Of a stretch of 64,000 nt of DNA, positions 8,783 through 18,031 are shown in pieces. Where the stretch lies: IMG/VR virus record IMGVR_UViG_3300021138_000017, positions 12,595-76,594 of that record. One strand, written 5' to 3'. The notes under the pieces were generated by a model that was not told the DNA's origin, made no database searches, and was given only the letters and a program-made list of their open reading frames with translations. A program made the translations under genes and the position numbers. This DNA is from a virus. Positions within the stretch are counted from its first letter, which is position 1. Every line of letters starts with the position of its first letter.

Positions 8783-9091
8783 ATGCCAGTTAAAGCAACC
8801 ATAACATCAGTTAAACCTTCAGGAGCACAATGGTTTTCAGACGTATCTGCCGAAAATGCCGCAATAGGAAAAAGTAATGTAGACTGGTCAAAAGAACAAC
8901 CAGGATTTATCAGCGTAACAACCACAAATCCTGATGAGAATACAAGAATTATAGAATATACGTTTGATACTGTAGAAAATTATACAGCATGGTTACAGGC
9001 AAGAAGTAATTTATCATCTTTTAAAACAGTTGCCGAATACCACACTAATAATAATTTTGTTACTGTTAGACACGAAACAATTAATCAATAA
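8783..9091 (+). CDS. small dimeric alpha/beta-barrel (ABM-like) protein
   Basis: QPGFIS and 'IIEYTFDTVENYTAW' pattern typical of ABM-fold proteins; strong RBS. Confidence 0.5.
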   Translation: MPVKATITSVKPSGAQWFSDVSAENAAIGKSNVDWSKEQPGFISVTTTNPDENTRIIEYTFDTVENYTAWLQARSNLSSFKTVAEYHTNNNFVTVRHETINQ

Positions 9092-9116
9092 ATCTATTGT
9101 ATAGCCCTAAGTAAAT

Positions 9117-9124
9117 TATAAATA
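9117..9124 (+). promoter_or_regulatory. T4-late consensus TATAAATA
   Basis: Exact match in the intergenic region before 9153. Confidence 0.6.
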
Positions 9125-9152
9125 TGAACATGATTACCAGGTTCATAAAATA

Positions 9153-10394
9153 ATGTTTTTTTCTGAAGATCCAGAATTCACTAAACACGGCTACTATCAA
9201 ATTAACGATGTAAAAACTTTGAGTAAGTTTGAAGCTTATCAATTATCGGGAAAAGATTGGAGTAAAATTAAATTTATTTTCAACGATGAAATTTATGATC
9301 AATACGATTGGACCGTTGAACCAGAAGAAGATATTTATGATTTATATTGCCAAAGAGCCCAGCAATTAAGAGAAAAATATGACTATCTTGTTTTAATGTA
9401 TAGCGGAGGAGTTGATAGTCATACCGTATTAGAAACTTTTTTATTCAATAATATCAAATTAGACGAAGTATGTACTTTTTCTACGTCTGATTTTACTAAA
9501 AAATATGACAAATTAAATCAAGAAGTTTTTAATTCGGCTATACCTTTTATCAACACATTAAATTTACATCAATTAGGTATAAATTTTAGAACGGTAGAGA
9601 TAGGTCAATTAATCATAGACCAATGGGATGATGAATTCCATTTTGAAAATTTTCAATTTTACGCCAACAGTGCTCAATGGATTACTGTTTCTAGATCACA
9701 TCAATTTAAATCTAAGATTAAAGAACACATGGATTTAATTGAAAAAGGAAAAACAGTTTGTTATATTTGGGGAGCAGATAAACCTAGTATACATATACAA
9801 GATAATCAATATGTTTTTACAGTCAACGACGCTAGTATAGATTTTGGCACCAGGCAGTATGTTACTAGATCAATAATGAAAGATAATTTCTTTAATTTTT
9901 ATGATGAAGCATTTTATATATCAAAAGATGCTCCAAAAATTTCTATTAAACAATCTCATTTATTAGTAAAATTAATGAAAACTATTCCTATAAGTGATTC
10001 TAGATTACGGAAAAAAACAGAATTATCAAGTACAGGACCATTTGTTATTCATCACAAAATACAAAACATTCCTATTTATCTAAGTAAAAAGACAGTAGAT
10101 GGTGCTATATATCCAAAAGCAATATTGAGTAACTTTGGAGATGATAAATTATATAACTCTAGTTTAATACTTTCTCCCAAAGATAATTGGTTTTCTTTAT
10201 CTAATCACTCCAATCGTTGGAAATTTGAACAAAAAGTAAAAAATTTAATAAATGAAAATAGAAATTATTACAAATACGATCATTACGCTCCTAATTATAG
10301 ACTTTTTAAACAGGAAGAATATAAAAATATTATTCCAAATCATGCCATGTATTTTTTTAGCAAATACCATGTGATTGGAGATATTGTACAGTAA
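9153..10394 (+). CDS. PP-loop (adenine nucleotide alpha-hydrolase / Asn-synthetase-C-like) enzyme, type A1
   Basis: LVLMYSGGVDS; no glutaminase domain; paralog of 13320..14528. Confidence 0.75.
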   Translation: MFFSEDPEFTKHGYYQINDVKTLSKFEAYQLSGKDWSKIKFIFNDEIYDQYDWTVEPEEDIYDLYCQRAQQLREKYDYLVLMYSGGVDSHTVLETFLFNNIKLDEVCTFSTSDFTKKYDKLNQEVFNSAIPFINTLNLHQLGINFRTVEIGQLIIDQWDDEFHFENFQFYANSAQWITVSRSHQFKSKIKEHMDLIEKGKTVCYIWGADKPSIHIQDNQYVFTVNDASIDFGTRQYVTRSIMKDNFFNFYDEAFYISKDAPKISIKQSHLLVKLMKTIPISDSRLRKKTELSSTGPFVIHHKIQNIPIYLSKKTVDGAIYPKAILSNFGDDKLYNSSLILSPKDNWFSLSNHSNRWKFEQKVKNLINENRNYYKYDHYAPNYRLFKQEEYKNIIPNHAMYFFSKYHVIGDIVQ

Positions 10395-11494
10395 TGAATA
10401 TAGTTATTTTAGATCCCCAAACTACTCATACCGATTTTATAGCTCAAAGTTTAGCAAAATATCATACTGTGTTTACTGAAATAGAAAACATAAACGTTAA
10501 AACTGATCTTGTAATTCCCTTATTACACAACTACCAAATGCGTTTAAAATTTAGAGCTTGGATCAATAAATTGAAAATTCCTTGCTTAATGCCAAGTCTT
10601 GAAAATTCTTATCTTGAATGGAGTAAAATTAAATCTAAACAACTTTTACTAGAATTGGGAATACCAACTCCTTCTTATAAAATATATACCACAGAAGATC
10701 TTTTAGTAAATTTTTATAATATTCCTAGACCGTTTGTATTAAAGTATGAACAAGATTTTAGGTTTGGGCTACAAACTATTATTATTACTGATGAAAACTA
10801 TAAAGAAGAATATGAAAAATTAATAGCTAATGGATTAGAAAGAATAGAAATAATGAAATACAAAGGTCCATTTGTTAATTTGTTTATTGTAGAAGAATAT
10901 ATAAATGGTGAAGAGGAAATATCATACCATGCTCTTTGTAATGAACATCAGTGGTCTTATTTAGGCTCTGCTAGAGATTACAAACGTAGATATGAAAATG
11001 ATATAGGATACAACACAGACGGTATGGGGTCATATTCTATAGGAAATAATTATCCAATCATTGACCAATATGCCAATTCTATTATACAACACTTGAAATC
11101 ACAAGGCAACCCGTATATGGGATTTTTTTATCTAGGAATAATTATTTCAAATGGTGTTCCATTTGTATTAGAGATAAATACAAGACCCGGCTGTCCAGAA
11201 ATACAATCTATTCTTCCAACTATAGATAACGAATTAGGAGATTTATTTTTATCGGTAGCAACCAATAAACCATTTGATATAAAGTTTAATGATAAAAAAG
11301 CAGTAACAGTCCTTGTTCAAGGAAAATTAAAAAACAAACCAATAGATTTAATTTGTGGTTGTTCAAAAACTAGAGACGAGTTTACACTAACCGCTATAGA
11401 CACTACGATAACAAATGCTAGCGACAAAATTTACAATTATTTAAAATTGCTTGATAACTGCGAGTATAGAAAAGATATAGGATACCTTAAATAA
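10394..11494 (+). CDS. divergent PurD (GAR synthetase)-like ATP-grasp ligase
   Basis: LEWSK..SK..L…GIPT, IVEEY..GEE.S, DYKR…G.NT.GMG.YS, VLEIN.RPG.PE.Q. Confidence 0.8.
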   Translation: MNIVILDPQTTHTDFIAQSLAKYHTVFTEIENINVKTDLVIPLLHNYQMRLKFRAWINKLKIPCLMPSLENSYLEWSKIKSKQLLLELGIPTPSYKIYTTEDLLVNFYNIPRPFVLKYEQDFRFGLQTIIITDENYKEEYEKLIANGLERIEIMKYKGPFVNLFIVEEYINGEEEISYHALCNEHQWSYLGSARDYKRRYENDIGYNTDGMGSYSIGNNYPIIDQYANSIIQHLKSQGNPYMGFFYLGIIISNGVPFVLEINTRPGCPEIQSILPTIDNELGDLFLSVATNKPFDIKFNDKKAVTVLVQGKLKNKPIDLICGCSKTRDEFTLTAIDTTITNASDKIYNYLKLLDNCEYRKDIGYLK

Positions 11495-11555
11495 AAACTA
11501 ACTACTATATGAATCAAGTTATAACTTATTTGAAATTAACGGAATTATTTTAAAA

Positions 11556-12398
11556 ATGATTTTTAAAAACTATGCTGAAATTTTAGCCCACTATACTTCG
11601 GTAAAAAAAGGAAATTATGTTACTCCTGATTATATACTGAATAAACACAGCGATGGTATAAATTTATTTCGTAGATATTGTCCACATAGAATGTATCCTT
11701 TGGCCGATGTAGGCAATACAGTAGAAAATATTGTGTGTAAATTCCACGGATTTGAGTGGGACAAAAATGGATCTCCGGTTAACAATGATCGTAAGATAAG
11801 TTGCGGTAAAGCAAAAATTGGAAAATCTGGATTAATATTTAAAAATTTTGTTGAACCAGATCACTACTGGGTAGATGATTTAGCAAAAGAAACTAATTTA
11901 GAGTATAGCCATATTGAAACAGGTAAAAGTAACGGAAGTTGGCTATGGGCAATGGATATACAATCTGACCTGTTACATATTCGCAAAGGTGATGATGTTG
12001 TTCACCCAGGATTGTCTGCTGTTACTAATTTAGACGAATGCGAAATGGAACAAGGAGAAGGATGGATATTACAAACTTGTTCTACCGGCTGGTGGCTTTT
12101 TATATATCCATATGCTTACGTTGAATGGAGTCCAGGCTGTTTAGCAATTAATAATCTCATACCAGATAATCCAGCAAGCGAATTTAAATTTGAATGGATA
12201 ACACAGTATTATTATGACCCATCTGTGTCTTTGGAAAAACGCAAAGAATTTGAAACTTTAGAAGATGTGTTTAAAGAAGACATAGCTACCATTGAGTTAC
12301 AAAAAGGTAAATATTTTCCTTTAGCCAAATCTACATGTAGATTAGAAGAACACTCTGTTTACTTTGGCGAGTGGGTAACTAAAAATCGCAGGGATTAA
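11556..12398 (+). CDS. compact Rieske non-heme iron oxygenase (alpha-subunit-like)
   Basis: Rieske CPH…CKFHG; mononuclear Fe motif DLLH…VH; C-terminal VFKED..IE.Q. Confidence 0.8.
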   Translation: MIFKNYAEILAHYTSVKKGNYVTPDYILNKHSDGINLFRRYCPHRMYPLADVGNTVENIVCKFHGFEWDKNGSPVNNDRKISCGKAKIGKSGLIFKNFVEPDHYWVDDLAKETNLEYSHIETGKSNGSWLWAMDIQSDLLHIRKGDDVVHPGLSAVTNLDECEMEQGEGWILQTCSTGWWLFIYPYAYVEWSPGCLAINNLIPDNPASEFKFEWITQYYYDPSVSLEKRKEFETLEDVFKEDIATIELQKGKYFPLAKSTCRLEEHSVYFGEWVTKNRRD

Positions 12399-12401
12399 AT
12401 T

Positions 12402-13316
12402 ATGATAAGACACAATAATTGGATGTCATATAGCTTTGATGATGGATCAATAAATGGGGCCAAACCTAATATGTATTCAACATTCAAACTTCATTTCAAA
12501 AAGGGACTAAAATATAAAACTATGTCTTACTATGATGCTTTATACTATAATGCTAGTGTAATGCGTGATGAGTTTTCGGAACCTTTTGATGTATTGCTAT
12601 CAGGCGGAATTGATAGTGAAGTTGTTGTGAGAGTTTTTAAAGATTTAGGCATTAAACAAAATGTTTTTACTATTAGATTTGAAAATGATCATAATATACA
12701 AGATGTAGAAGCTGCCAAGAAAATTTGCGATAATATAGGTGTTGACTTAAAAATCATTGACTGGAATCTACAAAAGTTTTTTGAAAATGATGTTCAGGTA
12801 ATGTTTGATAAAACATTTTGCCCTTATGTTGGAAGAATGTTACGGCATGCTTGGTTTGATTTACTTGACAATATTCCAGTTATGGCCGAGGGAGAACCGT
12901 ATTGGAGACGAGAGCTACTTGAAGATTATACACAAAAGTCTGAATGGAAACTATGGTGGAGAGAAGATTATTTTACTGCCTCTATATACGGCAATACTGT
13001 AGGCAGAACCGTTATCACTGAATGGTACAATTATACTCCTGAAATAGTAATGAATTATCATCATTTACCTTTAGCCAAACAGTTGCTCAATGATGAATTT
13101 AAAGGAAAAATTAGTTGTTGGAGTAGTAGAATACCTATACATCAACACTTATGGCCTGATATATTACAAAGACCTAAAATGTACGGGTACGAAGGACCAA
13201 ATCAACCTGGGTACTGGCCCGAGTTTATTAGAACATTTGCCAATAATGTGTCACTCAAAGCATCTAACGAACTGTATAAATTTTCTGTATCTGAATTAGA
13301 AAACATCTTTAACTAA
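12402..13316 (+). CDS. PP-loop enzyme, type B1
   Basis: VLLSGGIDSE; paralog of 15947..16873 (EW..YTPE). Confidence 0.75.
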   Translation: MIRHNNWMSYSFDDGSINGAKPNMYSTFKLHFKKGLKYKTMSYYDALYYNASVMRDEFSEPFDVLLSGGIDSEVVVRVFKDLGIKQNVFTIRFENDHNIQDVEAAKKICDNIGVDLKIIDWNLQKFFENDVQVMFDKTFCPYVGRMLRHAWFDLLDNIPVMAEGEPYWRRELLEDYTQKSEWKLWWREDYFTASIYGNTVGRTVITEWYNYTPEIVMNYHHLPLAKQLLNDEFKGKISCWSSRIPIHQHLWPDILQRPKMYGYEGPNQPGYWPEFIRTFANNVSLKASNELYKFSVSELENIFN

Positions 13317-13319
13317 ATT

Positions 13320-14528
13320 ATGTTTTTTGAAAACGATATTGACTTTGTCAAATTTGGATACTATCAAGTTGATAATATAAAAACTTTTAGCAAGTTTGAA
13401 GCTTATCAATTTGCTAAAGGAGACATGAGTAAAATTCAATTTATATTTAATGACGATATTATGTCTCAATATGATTGGACGATAGAGCCCGAAAAAGATA
13501 TTTACGAACTGTACGCTGAAAGGGCTAGACAAATACGTAACAAATATGACTATCTAGTATTATTGTACAGCGGCGGTATAGATAGCCACACAGTATTAAA
13601 ATCATTTTTAGACAATAATATACACCTAGATGAAATTTTTACATTTACTAATGCCAAAGTAGAATCAACAACAGGTAAATTTAATCAAGAAGTTTTTAAT
13701 GCCGCTATTCCATTTGTAAGTTCTCTTAATCTTGTCAAACTGGGAACCAAGTTTAGACTATTTGATATTAGCGATTTAATTATTAATATGTATCAAGACG
13801 ATTTTGTCGTTGAAAATTATCATTTGTATAATCAAGGTCCTGCCAATAACTGGACTAGCGCCATAAGATCTCATGTACTTAAATCTAAAGTAGAAGATCA
13901 TTTAAAATTAACAGAACAAGGCAAAACTGTTTGTTATATATGGGGTTTTGATAAACCCTTTTTACGATTCGATAATAATAAATATTCTATTTCTTTTATA
14001 GATGCTTGTATTGATTTAAATATGAGACAATTTATAAACAAAAAAACGTTTATATCTAAATTCGCAAACTTTTTCGATGAAGCATTTTACACCTGCCGAG
14101 AATTTCCAGAAATATCTATTAAACAAGGTCATTTGCTATTGAAATTAATTAAAACCATCAAACCTACTGATAAAATATTACGATTTAAAGAAGAAATTCC
14201 AACTATTGGACCATTTGTAATACATCATTACAAAGAACAGTATAAATTTTTACCAAAAAATCTAGTCGATGCCGCAATTTATCCAGAGGCAAATTTACTA
14301 CAATTTGGCGATGATAAAACTAAAGGTAGTATTATTATTCCGCAAAAAGATAAATGGTTCACTAGTTCTAATCATGATAATCAAAAAAGATGGTTTCAAA
14401 ATTTTAATAATTTAATAAAACAAAATAAAAACTTTTATGTATTTCGAAACAATGAAGTTATGAATATAAAGAGCATTTTTAGTAAACAGTATTGTATAGG
14501 TGAATACAATCCTTTTGAGAATACCTAA
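13320..14528 (+). CDS. PP-loop enzyme, type A2
   Basis: LVLLYSGGIDS; end-to-end similarity with 9153..10394. Confidence 0.75.
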   Translation: MFFENDIDFVKFGYYQVDNIKTFSKFEAYQFAKGDMSKIQFIFNDDIMSQYDWTIEPEKDIYELYAERARQIRNKYDYLVLLYSGGIDSHTVLKSFLDNNIHLDEIFTFTNAKVESTTGKFNQEVFNAAIPFVSSLNLVKLGTKFRLFDISDLIINMYQDDFVVENYHLYNQGPANNWTSAIRSHVLKSKVEDHLKLTEQGKTVCYIWGFDKPFLRFDNNKYSISFIDACIDLNMRQFINKKTFISKFANFFDEAFYTCREFPEISIKQGHLLLKLIKTIKPTDKILRFKEEIPTIGPFVIHHYKEQYKFLPKNLVDAAIYPEANLLQFGDDKTKGSIIIPQKDKWFTSSNHDNQKRWFQNFNNLIKQNKNFYVFRNNEVMNIKSIFSKQYCIGEYNPFENT

Positions 14529-14530
14529 GA

Positions 14531-15109
14531 TTATTCAATAAGCATAAAACTTTTCATATTGCTTTTCCACACTGACTCACCTTTATTAGTTAAGTAATGC
14601 GTCATTACCAATTGCTTACAACTCTCGGGTACAGGATATAATGACCCGCAGACATTATATCTAGTTGACTCCATAGCAAAGTCTGTGTTAGTATTAATTT
14701 TAATTAACTTTAGGTACTCTGTAAAGCCTCGCAAATTATATTCTCTGCTGATAAACACACAATCTAACTTTTTTATTTTTGCCATAGCCAACTGAAATGG
14801 TAAACAGTATGTAGTGTTTAAAAATTTATCTCCTCCACTAAACTTACCAGAATGGCGATAGTCTGGATGTATCCACATTCTAGTACTACATCTACCGATA
14901 CCTTTTCCCCATCGTTCTTCGTTTATTTCCAAGGCACTGAAGCAGACAATTTTGTCATCAATAGTTACCACTGGAAAAGATGCGTAGTTTCTAGGGTTTA
15001 GATTGATGTAATTGTTTTTTAATTTATCTTTAGAATTTTCAATGTAGTCTTGACAATTATTCCATAAATCTTGGTCGAAACTACTAGCATAATCAACTAT
15101 TTTAATCAT
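14531..15109 (-). CDS. GNAT-fold acyltransferase-like protein (start revised to ATG 15109)
   Basis: KIVCFSAL…GRCSTRMWIHPDYR (GNAT motif A-like), CVFISRE. Confidence 0.6.
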   Translation of the reverse strand: MIKIVDYASSFDQDLWNNCQDYIENSKDKLKNNYINLNPRNYASFPVVTIDDKIVCFSALEINEERWGKGIGRCSTRMWIHPDYRHSGKFSGGDKFLNTTYCLPFQLAMAKIKKLDCVFISREYNLRGFTEYLKLIKINTNTDFAMESTRYNVCGSLYPVPESCKQLVMTHYLTNKGESVWKSNMKSFMLIE

Positions 15110-15135
15110 TGTTTGATATTTACTTAAATATTTAA
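15110..15135. promoter_or_regulatory. 26-bp divergent promoter region with TAAATA on both strands
   Basis: Plus-strand TAAATA 15125-15130 then ATG 15136; minus-strand TAAATA 15122-15117 then ATG 15109; palindrome TTAAATATTTAA. Confidence 0.6.
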
Positions 15136-15966
15136 ATGCAAAAAATAAATTCATTCCTTTACTACATACTGTATCCTGTCCATCTAATTGCGTGGATAGG
15201 ATTAGCAGTTTATCTCACATTTTTTAATTTTACATTTATAAACTTAATAGAACTAACAATTGGTTGGATTTTAATCGAAGGATTAGGAGTAGCGGTTATA
15301 CTACATCGTTATGTAAGCCATCGATCAGTAGAAATAAAACCCATACTCAAACCTGTGTTATTATGGTTAAGTTGTTTAAGCCTACAAGGCAGTCCGCTAG
15401 GTTGGGCGGCAGTACATAGAGGAAGTCATCATAGATACAGCGATACTGAAAAAGACGCACATTCTCCATCTAAAGGAAAATTGTATGCTTGGCATACATG
15501 GCTACATGATTGGGATAGATATTTCAATCCAAAATATGTCATTGACTTAATTAAAGATCCTATTCATTTATGGTTTGCTAAACACTATAACTGGGTGATA
15601 TTTTTCACTTATGCTGTAGTTGGTGTAATTTCTTGGCAGTTACTTTTATTTGGGTTTATAATTCCGGCAGCTATCAGTTTGTATATGGAAAGTAATATTA
15701 ATGTTTTTTGTCATACCCCAGGACAAGGATACAGAAATTTTGATACTAAAGATAATAGTCAAAATGTTCCATTGCTTGCTTGGATTACCTGGGGACAGGG
15801 GTGGCACAATAATCATCATGCTAAAGCTAGTTCATACGATTTTGGAACTTCAGTTAGTGGCAAACCATACGAATGGGATTTTAGTTTAATATTTTTACCA
15901 TTAATTGCTACAAAAGAAAGTAGACAAGCCATTTTAAACAATAGAAATGCTGTTCACTCACAATAA
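15136..15966 (+). CDS. membrane fatty-acid (delta-9-type) desaturase
   Basis: Three His boxes LHRYVSH, HRGSHH, WHNNHH; TM segments; D.HSP. Confidence 0.9.
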   Translation: MQKINSFLYYILYPVHLIAWIGLAVYLTFFNFTFINLIELTIGWILIEGLGVAVILHRYVSHRSVEIKPILKPVLLWLSCLSLQGSPLGWAAVHRGSHHRYSDTEKDAHSPSKGKLYAWHTWLHDWDRYFNPKYVIDLIKDPIHLWFAKHYNWVIFFTYAVVGVISWQLLLFGFIIPAAISLYMESNINVFCHTPGQGYRNFDTKDNSQNVPLLAWITWGQGWHNNHHAKASSYDFGTSVSGKPYEWDFSLIFLPLIATKESRQAILNNRNAVHSQ

Positions 15967-16873
15967 TCATTTAACCTATAGCGTAGGAAACAAAGAATAT
16001 GGCTATAGAGATAATTCTGTTGAACGGTATTCTGTAAATTTAGGGCAAGTTGATTTAGATAGATATTCTAAAAGCTCTTATGCAAATGAATTACATAGAA
16101 CAGCAAAATTAGTAAATCAAGATTTAGGAAATGATCTAGTGCTGTTTTTATCAGGCGGAACTGACAGTGAAATAGTTTTACGTAATTTTGTTCATAATGG
16201 TTTCAAACCCAGATGTATTGTTCTCAAGTTTGAAAATAACTACAATATAACCGAAGTTAAAGAAGCACATGAAATCGCGCAGGCGCTTGACGTAAAATTA
16301 GAAACTGTTGACTTTAATGTACATGAATTTTTTTATTCAGGAGAAGCTATAGAGTTCGGGGAACAAATACAGTGTACTCAACTTACGTATCTTATGATTT
16401 ATAATAGTATTTTAAAATTAGGTACTCCTGCGGTTATGGGAGGAGAAGCCTTATTAACACGCTATGTTAATCAGACTGATAGCTATTGGTATTATACGTT
16501 TAGAGAAAACGAGGATGCCAGTGCCATACGTTTTTCTAATAAATTTAATATACCGTTAGTTAATGAGTGGTTCAGTTACACTCCTGAACTCTTACTATAT
16601 TATTTAGAACATCCTAGTATAAAAAGACTAGTTTCAGAAAAATATAATTACAAAATAACTTCTGTTAGCAGTAAAAACTCTATACTAAATGAATTGTATC
16701 CTGGTACTAGAACAAAAAATAAAAAACACGGATTTGAAAGTTTATTGGCATTTAATAATCTAGCTTACGAAGATATTGGTAAAAATCAAATACCACGATT
16801 AGAATTTAGCTTGGATGGAATACCCTATAGTCAAGCAATACTAAACTTAAAAGGTTTCTATGAAAGTTGTTGA
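15947..16873 (+). CDS. PP-loop enzyme, type B2
   Basis: LFLSGGTDSE; paralog of 12402..13316. Confidence 0.75.
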   Translation: MLFTHNNHLTYSVGNKEYGYRDNSVERYSVNLGQVDLDRYSKSSYANELHRTAKLVNQDLGNDLVLFLSGGTDSEIVLRNFVHNGFKPRCIVLKFENNYNITEVKEAHEIAQALDVKLETVDFNVHEFFYSGEAIEFGEQIQCTQLTYLMIYNSILKLGTPAVMGGEALLTRYVNQTDSYWYYTFRENEDASAIRFSNKFNIPLVNEWFSYTPELLLYYLEHPSIKRLVSEKYNYKITSVSSKNSILNELYPGTRTKNKKHGFESLLAFNNLAYEDIGKNQIPRLEFSLDGIPYSQAILNLKGFYESC

Positions 16874-17429
16874 ACTAACTAACGAACACGAGGTTTCTAT
16901 TAGACACTTGTTTAACAAAAATCAATCTGTATTCGATGATCAAAACAGTGCTGAATTTTTAGAATACAAAATATTTTTAGAAACATATTTGTCAAATTTA
17001 TCTAGATATAAAGCATTTGGTTTAGAAGATAGCAGTGGTATGCTATTAGGTTTGATATCTTTTTATATTAGCCATAACGAACCAGTTTGGTATATTACTA
17101 CACTTCGTTCAACAAATAATAAAATCATTGGACCTATCTTAATAGAAGCTGTTATAAAATATAATGAAGAATACGGTAGGTATAGATTTTATACATTGTT
17201 GCCAACAAAATACAGTAAATTTTTAAGAAAATTTGTATTCAGCAAAAATATCAAAGAAAGATATGAGTACATTGATGAATGTTTAGTGCCAGCAAAAACT
17301 AAGTGTATCTATCAAAATTTTTGGAATATACTTTTCAACAGAACGTTGTCTCTTGAAGACAATATAGTTAGATGTACATATCTAAAACAAGAATATAGAA
17401 AAAATATACCTATTGGTGGGAATTTATAA
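16860..17429 (+). CDS. probable GNAT-fold protein
   Basis: MKVVELT…YKAFGL…LLGLISF…WYI…IG..LIEAVIKY; weak motif-level call. Confidence 0.45.
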   Translation: MKVVELTNEHEVSIRHLFNKNQSVFDDQNSAEFLEYKIFLETYLSNLSRYKAFGLEDSSGMLLGLISFYISHNEPVWYITTLRSTNNKIIGPILIEAVIKYNEEYGRYRFYTLLPTKYSKFLRKFVFSKNIKERYEYIDECLVPAKTKCIYQNFWNILFNRTLSLEDNIVRCTYLKQEYRKNIPIGGNL

Positions 17430-18031
17430 TGATGGTAAGCCCGTACAAATTATTTGAATCTACGTTGAATTGCTATAAAATCAATAGTAATGAGGAATTA
17501 GGCAACACCTTACGCGAGTTTTTTAATCAACCAACAAACGACTATCTTTGGAAATTATCAACTCATAGACAAACAGTTACCCACGCCTTAAGGAATACAG
17601 AAACAATACATTTGAGACACTTGGAACATTTTCCTAAAAACTTTGATACACTACAACTAAATCAACTTATGGAAGTAAAACAATCTCTACTAGCGGAAAT
17701 AGCTGTATTTAAAAAAGCTGTAAATTGGTTTGAAGAAGTTTTAATGAACACAGGCGCAAACACAGTAGAATTAGGTAGGATTTTTATTAGCAAGTTGTCT
17801 CCAAATTCTAAAGTTGATCTTCATACGGATGAAGGAAATTATTTTAGCTATTATGACAGATTTCATTTTACAGTTACTGCCGCTGTAGATAATATATTTT
17901 CTATACAAGACAAAAACTATACTTTAGAACAAGACTCTTTATACTGGGTTAACAATCATGTTCCGCATTGGTTAGAAAATAAAAGTAAATTTGGTAGAAT
18001 AAATTTTATTGTAGACGCTAGACTATCATGA
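17429..18031 (+). CDS. 2OG-Fe(II) oxygenase, Asp/Asn/Pro beta-hydroxylase family
   Basis: L.P…HTD…RFH…W.NN..PH..EN….RI..IVD. Confidence 0.85.
   Translation: MMVSPYKLFESTLNCYKINSNEELGNTLREFFNQPTNDYLWKLSTHRQTVTHALRNTETIHLRHLEHFPKNFDTLQLNQLMEVKQSLLAEIAVFKKAVNWFEEVLMNTGANTVELGRIFISKLSPNSKVDLHTDEGNYFSYYDRFHFTVTAAVDNIFSIQDKNYTLEQDSLYWVNNHVPHWLENKSKFGRINFIVDARLS

Noticed and set aside
10394-11494. Calling the gene purD
   Set aside because: Key substrate-binding motifs are altered or missing, so the symbol was withheld.
9153-16873. SGGxDS genes as QueC / 7-deazaguanine DNA modification or as lasso-peptide cyclases
   Set aside because: No QueC C-terminal Cys/Zn motif and no folE, queD or dpdA in the window; no lasso B protease/RRE or convincing precursor. 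Kept only as generic PP-loop enzymes.
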